This document shows positions 24,529-31,071 of a stretch of DNA of 31,071 nucleotides, in pieces (positions within the stretch are counted from its first letter, which is position 1; the number at the start of each line of letters is the position of its first letter). Origin of the DNA: a virus (Duplodnaviria; Caudoviricetes); IMG/VR virus record IMGVR_UViG_3300032216_001741, positions 1 through 31,071 of that record; one strand, given 5' to 3'. The notes beneath the pieces were generated by a model. It made no database searches, was not told the origin of the DNA, and saw only the letters and a list, made by a program, of their open reading frames with translations. The position numbers and the translations under genes are program-made.

Positions 24529-27500
24529 TTAGTATGTAATTTGTAAGTTACCAGTTCCGTTATTTATTAACAGGTTAGATCCGCGAGTTAAAACAGTATA
24601 GTCTTGATACGCAGATGCATCCAATAGCGATCCTGTTGATCCAGCGTCACTAGTCCAAAACAAATTACCATCGCCGTCAATAGTCAATGAATGGACTGTT
24701 TCGCGATTGCCCTGATCTACATAGTCTTTGTTAGCTAGTGCCGTATATGCTTGTAGATTAATTTGTGCAGTTGTATAGTTATAGTTGGTCAAACTGTTGA
24801 ACTGAACTTTTCCTACACCGTCCGGAGCAAATACAATGTCAGAAGCAGTACCTGGTGAGCTACTGATAATATTGTTTTGAATATAAACTTTACCAGCTGT
24901 CAATACGTTAACTTGCAAGTTATTGCTACCTGAACCTAACTGGCTACTGATATATGTTCTAATTGCTTTTTGGGTTGGTACGATACTGTCGCTATTCGCA
25001 CTTAAGGTTCCGTCTGTTGAGAACTGGTTAACTGTTGCGCCTGCTGAACCAAGTTGTAAACTATTCAAACCAGCTAAGTTGAATGAGCTTACGTTCAATG
25101 TAGCTTGTCCAGTAGCTTGGTTAATCTTAAACAAGTCACCAACACTGAAGTTACCGTCTTGGTCAGTACTTGTGTAGAATATACGTCCGTTATTTTGACT
25201 TACGTGTTGATTATTAATCTTATATCCACTGGTTAATACGTTTGGATATGCTGTGCTTGCAAAGTTTCCAGTACCAATCGCCAAGTAGTCGTGTCCAGTT
25301 AAACGGATTTGACTAAACTTATTGTAAACTGTTACCGTTGCACCTTGTGCTAACGGATTAGTTGTTGGAACTGCTGAGCCAACTGTTACGTTAGCTTTGC
25401 CGCCTGAAGACACATAACTATTAGTTTGTACTACTAAGAATGGAGTAGTTTGTCCTGCGATAAGAATAATACTACCAGTTCGAGGAGCTTGGTTAAGTCC
25501 TTGGAAGTTTAGTACATAACCAGTCTGTGCAATATTTGCGTAACCTGTTGAATCTGTAATCGATGCACTTGTGCTATAAATTACCACATATCCTGCACCA
25601 CGATTTCCGTATGTTACTGTAGAAATTGCGCCACTTAAAATCTGTGCAGTAAACGCGGCATTCACGCCTTGTGGATCTGTTACTGTAAATGTTGGAGTTC
25701 CAGTGTAGCCTGATCCACCGTTTAGAATATAAACACCACTAAATGTAAATGTACTTGGATCGATATTTGCTCTTACTACCGCTGGTGTAGTTGGGCTTCC
25801 GCCTACTACTGTAACTTCTGGAAGAATTGTATATTGACTACTAGCATCTAGTGTTGTTACAATGCTGGCGCCGTTCAGTGATTCCCAGCCCTGAGCACCT
25901 GCTGTTGTTTGAACATAAACAACTTTTGTAGTTCCGCTTGGTGTATCTGTTAAGTAGCTATTGGTAATAATACCAGTTTGTCCTGCGCCCAACCCGTTGA
26001 TGATTGTAATACGCATACCTTGATATTGATTATTAGCAGTTGCACGGTCTGTTGCCGCTAGAGCGAACCAAGTACCGCTTGAACTGACACCGCCACTACG
26101 GCCTGTTCCTGCTACAAATTGATAACCTGAACCTGCATTAGTAACGTTAACGTGACTTAATGAATTATTCGTAACAACTCCAGTTACGCTTGCATTTGTT
26201 CCGTTTAATGGAGCACTATCTAGTGTAATTGTTGGGCTTGTATAAGCCTGTCCGCAATAGTCCCAGTAGATTGCTAAAATAGAACCATTACCTACTAGCA
26301 CATTACCAATCTTAGCAGTATTAGCCAAGTTGTTTACAGTGCCACTATATCCAGTATCTGTTGGATCTGTATCTGTTGCAACGTTACCAAAACGACCATA
26401 TGAATTGTTACCGTTAGTGGCACGTAGCACACCACCTGTTTGGCAAAGATAGCCAATGTATGCATAGTAAGTGAAAACAGAAACCAATTCAGCGCGGCCG
26501 CCATTTGTTGCCATTATACCAATACCATCATCAATGACTTGTGTAAAATCATTTGCCACCATTGACTTGTAGCCGCTTGCTTGGTCATTGCCGTTGATAT
26601 ACATACCAACTGCATGATCGCCAAATGTTGAACAATTTTGAATGTATGGTGATTTAGTTGTAATCGCGCCTGCTGGATCTAATGCTATATACGCACCAGA
26701 TGCTGTTAGACTAGGCCATGTACCAACTGTTAAACGATAGATACCATCTGTATCTGTTGTATCACCAGTGATATAAGTTGAACCTGTGAATTGTCCTGTT
26801 AAGCCGCCCATTGTTAAATTACGGATTACAACACCGTTGTTAACCATAAACATACGTGAACGATTATTTGGTGTGACACCATCTGTACTTGTTCCGGCAG
26901 CTGGATAAACTAGTGTAGTACGTAATTCGTCACCAACAATACTTACGTTTGCCGGCACAGTGATTGGTAATGTTTCATAATAGGAACCAGTCTTGACGTA
27001 AATTGTCGCAGGACCTGTTACATTCAAACAAGCATAACGAATTGATGCAAATGGTTTATCTAATGTACGACCAAATCCTGAAGCGTCGGTACCTGTACTA
27101 GATGACACATACCAAATGTTATTAATATAGCCTAATTCGCCCCAACGTGGTTGCATTGAATTATCGCTTTGTGTCTTGGCTTTTAATACATAACCGTCTA
27201 ATACATTACCACCAGATTGTGTACCAGTAGCCATATGCAAGCCAGTAACTGTGCCATCACTGTAGCGATAGGCCAAGTCACCAACTTCAGTTAAACTTGC
27301 ACCAACTCCGCCTTGGCCAATAATTTGCCAATAAACTGCGTTTGGAGGAAATACGTTACTGCTAACTGCAACAGCTACGTATGTTGAACTTGTATTTAAA
27401 ACAACGTCACCTGGATAGTAAACGCCTGCTACTGTACCGCTACTTGCTTGGAATGTTGCAGTTGTTGTGCTGGCAAATGTTACAGTTGTAACGCTACCGC

Positions 27501-28476
27501 CTGTTACCACATATACACCATTATAACCAGATGGTAAAACGCCAGTAACAACAATATTAGTACCAACAGTAAATGGTGTGCTAGATTGTGTAGTAAATGT
27601 TAATGTAACTGTTGTACCGTTACCAGTTGCATTCGTAACTGTTAACGCCTTGGCAAATGCGCCTCTATGGTTAAATCCTTTAACCACTAGGGACCAGTAA
27701 GCTGTGTTGATACCAGTTGTACCAATGTATGGTTGTTGATTTGTGTTATCAACTACTGCTACATAACTCCATCCACCAAACAACACTACGTCACCGGTTT
27801 TGTAAGCTGTTGATAAACTCCAATTGCCTTTTTGATTATATCCGGTTGTAACTACATCCCAATAACCTGTTGCTGTACTTGGAGTTTGATTGACGTTAAT
27901 TGCTTTTGAACTATAAACATAACCGCCGTATGTAACAACATCTCCGATAGCATAAGTTGTACTTGAACTCCATGTGTTCATGTACTCTAAACCTTGAACG
28001 AATAAACTCCAATTGCTTTCTGTAAATGTTGAATTTGAGTTAGCAGTTGTACAAATATAAATGTCTGGTCCGTACTTAACTAAGTCGTTAACAAAATAAG
28101 GAACATTTCCTGAAGCCCATACTCCACGGAATTTCACACCAGGTACGTATAGTGTCCAATTACTGATGCCTGCTAACCAAGTACTTGGACTTGTGTGGGC
28201 AGTGTTACAATAATAAACGTTGCCGTTAACAGTGACTAAATCGCCAAAGTTAAATGCTGTACTTGCTGTCCAGCCGCCTTGAACAAACTTAGTTCCGCCG
28301 GCCATTTGTTGCCAGTTGACTGCATCGCTTGCAAAAGATGCTGAAGATGTATAAGCGTTGATACACATGTAGCTAACGCCACCGACCAATACAACGTCAT
28401 CTTTGTAGTACGGAGTGCTTGCCTGCCATGGGCCTTTCCATACGAATTTGATTCTACCTAGTTTAAATTCTGCCAT
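24529..28476 (-). CDS. Large fibre/spike protein (1315 aa): six CBM-like repeats, pectin-lyase-like beta-helix region, GxGY repeats
   Basis: MAEFKLGRIKFVWKGPW start; six G.W.....Y..[GN]D.V...G..Y......W units; WYVSSSTGTD..G.TLDKPFASIRYAC...IYVKTGSYYE.LPI.VP.NVSIVGDELR beta-helix cap; C-terminal FYTSTDQDGNF.VGDLF and FSTDGTLSANSDSIVPTQKA. Confidence 0.82.
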   Translation of the reverse strand: MAEFKLGRIKFVWKGPWQASTPYYKDDVVLVGGVSYMCINAYTSSASFASDAVNWQQMAGGTKFVQGGWTASTAFNFGDLVTVNGNVYYCNTAHTSPSTWLAGISNWTLYVPGVKFRGVWASGNVPYFVNDLVKYGPDIYICTTANSNSTFTESNWSLFVQGLEYMNTWSSSTTYAIGDVVTYGGYVYSSKAINVNQTPSTATGYWDVVTTGYNQKGNWSLSTAYKTGDVVLFGGWSYVAVVDNTNQQPYIGTTGINTAYWSLVVKGFNHRGAFAKALTVTNATGNGTTVTLTFTTQSSTPFTVGTNIVVTGVLPSGYNGVYVVTGGSVTTVTFASTTTATFQASSGTVAGVYYPGDVVLNTSSTYVAVAVSSNVFPPNAVYWQIIGQGGVGASLTEVGDLAYRYSDGTVTGLHMATGTQSGGNVLDGYVLKAKTQSDNSMQPRWGELGYINNIWYVSSSTGTDASGFGRTLDKPFASIRYACLNVTGPATIYVKTGSYYETLPITVPANVSIVGDELRTTLVYPAAGTSTDGVTPNNRSRMFMVNNGVVIRNLTMGGLTGQFTGSTYITGDTTDTDGIYRLTVGTWPSLTASGAYIALDPAGAITTKSPYIQNCSTFGDHAVGMYINGNDQASGYKSMVANDFTQVIDDGIGIMATNGGRAELVSVFTYYAYIGYLCQTGGVLRATNGNNSYGRFGNVATDTDPTDTGYSGTVNNLANTAKIGNVLVGNGSILAIYWDYCGQAYTSPTITLDSAPLNGTNASVTGVVTNNSLSHVNVTNAGSGYQFVAGTGRSGGVSSSGTWFALAATDRATANNQYQGMRITIINGLGAGQTGIITNSYLTDTPSGTTKVVYVQTTAGAQGWESLNGASIVTTLDASSQYTILPEVTVVGGSPTTPAVVRANIDPSTFTFSGVYILNGGSGYTGTPTFTVTDPQGVNAAFTAQILSGAISTVTYGNRGAGYVVIYSTSASITDSTGYANIAQTGYVLNFQGLNQAPRTGSIILIAGQTTPFLVVQTNSYVSSGGKANVTVGSAVPTTNPLAQGATVTVYNKFSQIRLTGHDYLAIGTGNFASTAYPNVLTSGYKINNQHVSQNNGRIFYTSTDQDGNFSVGDLFKINQATGQATLNVSSFNLAGLNSLQLGSAGATVNQFSTDGTLSANSDSIVPTQKAIRTYISSQLGSGSNNLQVNVLTAGKVYIQNNIISSSPGTASDIVFAPDGVGKVQFNSLTNYNYTTAQINLQAYTALANKDYVDQGNRETVHSLTIDGDGNLFWTSDAGSTGSLLDASAYQDYTVLTRGSNLLINNGTGNLQITY

Positions 28477-28495
28477 TTTATATTCCTCGATGTCT

Positions 28496-28502
28496 TATTT
28501 AT
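28496..28502 (-). promoter_or_regulatory. Putative late promoter (ATAAATA)
   Basis: Minus strand: tatgaATAAATAagacatcGAGGaatataaaATG, upstream of the 1315-aa gene. Confidence 0.65.
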
Positions 28503-28521
28503 TCATAGTTTATGAACTAAA

Positions 28522-29082
28522 TTAACTACCTGTTATGGTTCCCATGTCTATTGCGTATAACGCACCTTCGTCGTCTGTCACAGTACTTAAATTACTAGCA
28601 TTGATATTTTCCATTGGATTCCCTGTGCCAATAATTGTACCCAAATTGTAACCGTTTGCTTCAATATGCGCTACTAAGTTTGCTGAAACTGTACTGCCTG
28701 TCAATAATGTCTGTGCGGCAACCTGTTTAATTACACCAAATGAGTAGTTGTACGGAGTGTCAACTCTTACACTTAAAACACCGTTGGCATCTACATAGTA
28801 ATACAAATCATCAGGCGACCACTTGTACTGCTCAAAATTCATGCCTGTGTAATTTGGCATCCTGGTGGTGCCGTCTACACCTTCAAAAAAGTCAATACCT
28901 TCTTCAAAATTATCATATGTACCGGTAGCATCCGATAAAGTTACTGGCTCTAAATCTGAATCTAGATTAACTTTAGTGACTTTTAAAAATCCATCAGAAG
29001 TTCTAGACATACCGTAGAAATATCTAGCGGTTTGATTTAAAAAGAATTCTGGAGATTGCCCTAAATAAAAATTATTTGCCAT
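28522..29082 (-). CDS. Hypothetical virion-associated protein (186 aa)
   Basis: AAGGA SD; aromatic/acidic core (RYFYGMSRTSDGFL, EEGIDFFEG, FEQYKW...LYYYVDANG.L); lies within the structural operon. Confidence 0.75.
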   Translation of the reverse strand: MANNFYLGQSPEFFLNQTARYFYGMSRTSDGFLKVTKVNLDSDLEPVTLSDATGTYDNFEEGIDFFEGVDGTTRMPNYTGMNFEQYKWSPDDLYYYVDANGVLSVRVDTPYNYSFGVIKQVAAQTLLTGSTVSANLVAHIEANGYNLGTIIGTGNPMENINASNLSTVTDDEGALYAIDMGTITGS

Positions 29083-29091
29083 TTCTTATCC

Positions 29092-29457
29092 TTAACTTAT
29101 ACTCACATAGCTTACAATTGAATCAATACTATTATTATTGTTTGAACTTACTAGTATAGCGTTGTTATTACCTAAAATTAATTTTTCGCTATTAGTTATT
29201 ATTTTTAAACTACTTTGTGGAGCCATCATAATATTTTTAGCAATATATGCTTGACTAATAATATTGTTAGTATTGTTTGTTCCGTCGCCACTTGCACCGT
29301 AAGTAAACAACTGAACGCTAACTTGGATCATGGTGTTTGTAGTGTTGGCCAGATTTAACCCAATGATAGTATATGTGCCTGAACTTGTAGTTGACAATAC
29401 TGCAACTGGAGTTACTCCGATGTTTTGTGTTATAGCGTTTAAAAATTGTGTTGCCAT
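29092..29457 (-). CDS. Small beta-rich virion structural protein (121 aa)
   Basis: TIIGLNLANTT...IAKNI...SSL....KLIL....ILVSS....IDSIVSYV pattern of small phage fibre-associated proteins; starts 3 nt after the upstream stop. Confidence 0.75.
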   Translation of the reverse strand: MATQFLNAITQNIGVTPVAVLSTTSSGTYTIIGLNLANTTNTMIQVSVQLFTYGASGDGTNNTNNIISQAYIAKNIMMAPQSSLKIITNSEKLILGNNNAILVSSNNNNSIDSIVSYVSIS

Positions 29458-29460
29458 GTT

Positions 29461-30522
29461 TTATCCAAATATCAATGCTGATGCTATACTCATTTGTTCT
29501 ACTTCTGAATATGTTAGTCCGCCACCGCTTGTTGCACCTGCTGGCTTCCATTCTAAAGTTACATTATTAAAAGTTTCTAAATATCCAAAATCAGTGTTAA
29601 ATCTAATCATTCCAGTTTCTGGAAAAACTGGACGTTGGGCAGTAGTTCCTGTTGGAATTACTACACCGTTTGTTCCTTGTAATACTACATAGCCAGTACC
29701 AGTTTCTGTAAACACCGTATTTGAATTGGCCACCGTGTTAGTAATAGTATTATTAAAAATTCTAAAATTGCCTAACACTACACCACTAGATCCACTAGTT
29801 GTTAGATTAATATCTGTGTCAGCACTGGCAGTTGTTATGGTATTTCCACTTAAAACCAAATTACCAACATTAAGAGTAGTAGCAGTTAGTGTTGGTATTG
29901 TTAAAGTGTTGCTGATATTTAAAGTGTTAGCATACAGCGTATTCCATTGAAGGATGCTACTACCTAAATTGTAAGTATTTGTAGCACTTGGAATGATATC
30001 GCTATTAACTTCACCAACAAACTGAATAGTATCGGTAGCCGCATCACCCAAACTGATATTGCCGTCCGCAGTAATAGTTCCGGTAGCATGTAGATTACCG
30101 TTGATCAAAGTGTCGCTATTGATAACAGTAGTGCCAGTACCAGTTGGCGTAATGTTTATGTTGGTATTGGTTCCGGTTGCACTGATTGTGCTACCTGTGA
30201 TTGAAAACTGCCCAACTAAAATTGTTCCCTGATATACAACACCGTTACCATTATTTGGAACAAGATTGATAGTGCTATTGGAACTGGCAATTGTGTTACC
30301 GCTAAGGGTAAACGATGCCATTTGGGCTTGCGTGTTTACTGTTAAGTTTGTTGATCGGGTAGTACCGACAACTTGTAGGTCATTGGATGGCGTTGCTGTA
30401 TTAATGCCAACGCGGCTGTTTACAACATCTAGATAAAGTAAGTTCGTCTCAAAAGCTAGGTTTACCCCGTTGCGGAGTAAATTATCTTTTAAGAGCGGAC
30501 CCGAGATTCGACCAACAGCCAT
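29461..30522 (-). CDS. Fibre-like virion structural protein (353 aa)
   Basis: MAVGRISGPLLKDNLLRNG start; repeated [IL]SGNTI.....INL.P.G.G units; IPTGTTAQRP...GMIRFNTD motif; hydrophobic C-terminus; AAGGAG SD. Confidence 0.8.
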   Translation of the reverse strand: MAVGRISGPLLKDNLLRNGVNLAFETNLLYLDVVNSRVGINTATPSNDLQVVGTTRSTNLTVNTQAQMASFTLSGNTIASSNSTINLVPNNGNGVVYQGTILVGQFSITGSTISATGTNTNINITPTGTGTTVINSDTLINGNLHATGTITADGNISLGDAATDTIQFVGEVNSDIIPSATNTYNLGSSILQWNTLYANTLNISNTLTIPTLTATTLNVGNLVLSGNTITTASADTDINLTTSGSSGVVLGNFRIFNNTITNTVANSNTVFTETGTGYVVLQGTNGVVIPTGTTAQRPVFPETGMIRFNTDFGYLETFNNVTLEWKPAGATSGGGLTYSEVEQMSIASALIFG

Positions 30523-30616
30523 TTACGCTCCTTTGACCCCGTGTTTCACGGTTAACCACCTTGCATTGCGGGTTTACCACAGTTGAATATCGCAAAAACT
30601 TGGTCAGTTTATGCAG
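30523..30616 (-). ncRNA. Candidate structured 5' leader RNA (cis-regulatory element)
   Basis: About 95 nt between a TAAATA promoter and the ATG, containing hairpins GCAUAAACU-gacca-AGUUUUUGC and CCGUG-aaa-CACGG, a GGUAAACC/GGUUAACC pair, and loop UGACC complementary to GGUCA next to the SD. Confidence 0.45.
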
Positions 30617-30622
30617 TAAAAG

Positions 30623-30628
30623 TATTTA
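30623..30628 (-). promoter_or_regulatory. Putative late promoter (TAAATA)
   Basis: Minus strand: tcagcTAAATActtt, 14 nt after the upstream stop; same gcTAAATA context as the motif at 6629. Confidence 0.6.
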
Positions 30629-30642
30629 GCTGATTTGAGTTT

Positions 30643-31071
30643 TTAGCCTAATATCAGGCTCCAAATTGTTGTCAAATCATTTTCGGTGCTTGTTGTTGTG
30701 CTGACGCCGGCAATGTCTTGCCACGATGTTCCGTTATAAATCTCGGTGCTTTGTCCGGTGGTGTTGTATCGAGTAGTACCAGTTACTGGAGATGCTGGGC
30801 GTTCGCTAGTAGATCCTGCTGGCAATCTAACAGCATTTGTTCCTGAGAATTTGGTAAAACCAGTACCAGTATTGATAACTGATAAGGGTAGTACACTAAC
30901 TTCTGCCGCAAGAGTTAACGCACCAGATTCTGTGGTAATAATAAAGGATCCAGATTCTGTAGTAAAATAAGGGTTACTAAAACTTGGATTGTTGATTGTG
31001 TTCTTAGAAAATAAGGTGGCGCCATTTATTTTAACTTGGCCTATTCCTAGCGTTGTTAGATTCAAGTTGCA
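30643..31071 (-). CDS. Partial gene (5' end beyond right edge); fibre-like protein paralogous to the 353-aa gene
   Basis: Frame is open to the window end. GTGFTKFSGTNAVRLPAGSTSERP...GTTRYNT...EIYNGTSW aligns with GTGYVVLQGTNGVVIPTGTTAQRP...GMIRFNT; similar C-terminus (IWSLILG vs ASALIFG). Confidence 0.8.
   Translation of the reverse strand, partial: CNLNLTTLGIGQVKINGATLFSKNTINNPSFSNPYFTTESGSFIITTESGALTLAAEVSVLPLSVINTGTGFTKFSGTNAVRLPAGSTSERPASPVTGTTRYNTTGQSTEIYNGTSWQDIAGVSTTTSTENDLTTIWSLILG

Noticed and set aside
30555-30582. GGUAAACC...GCAA resembling the 5' part of a c-di-GMP-I (GEMM) riboswitch
   Set aside because: Lacks the GNRA-capped stem followed by GGGACGCAAAGC and the downstream receptor stem; kept only as an unclassified structured leader.
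318-30970. Many short antisense or alternate-frame ORFs (V/P/A/L-rich, 60-153 aa)
   Set aside because: They are shadows of Thr/Gly/Ser-rich sense genes, whose reverse complements are depleted in stops; no RBS or recognisable motifs.
1-31071. Stop-codon reassignment, CRISPR array, tRNA, intron/intein or IS element
   Set aside because: Genes tile the window intact under the standard code with TAA stops; no regularly spaced repeats, cloverleafs, splice motifs or transposase seen by eye.

Overview
This window is a gene-dense, AT-rich fragment of a large T4-like (myovirus-type) bacteriophage virion morphogenesis region. It holds neck/head-completion and tail-terminator homologues (gp13 on the minus strand, divergent from gp14 and gp15), a Nudix hydrolase, two small hypothetical genes and one plus-strand modular fibre gene. 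A ~21 kb minus-strand run of large Thr/Gly/Ser/Val-rich fibre, spike or receptor-binding-type genes follows, including three clustered paralogous RCC1/BLIP-II-repeat proteins and a CBM-like-repeat/beta-helix protein. TAAATA late-promoter motifs lie upstream of several transcription units, and two intrinsic terminators sit at the 9.2 kb convergence. Most notable: (i) a small shared set of beta-modules inserted into one another up to three levels deep across five fibre genes; (ii) an RCC1 triplet in which each paralogue carries a different cargo domain in an equivalent loop, one of them a cupredoxin-like domain lacking its copper ligands; (iii) a ~95-nt structured 5' leader with alternative pairings beside a ribosome-binding site; (iv) a 20-bp palindromic back-to-back late promoter that probably makes gp14 leaderless. 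All family assignments come from motif recognition by eye; no database searches were run.
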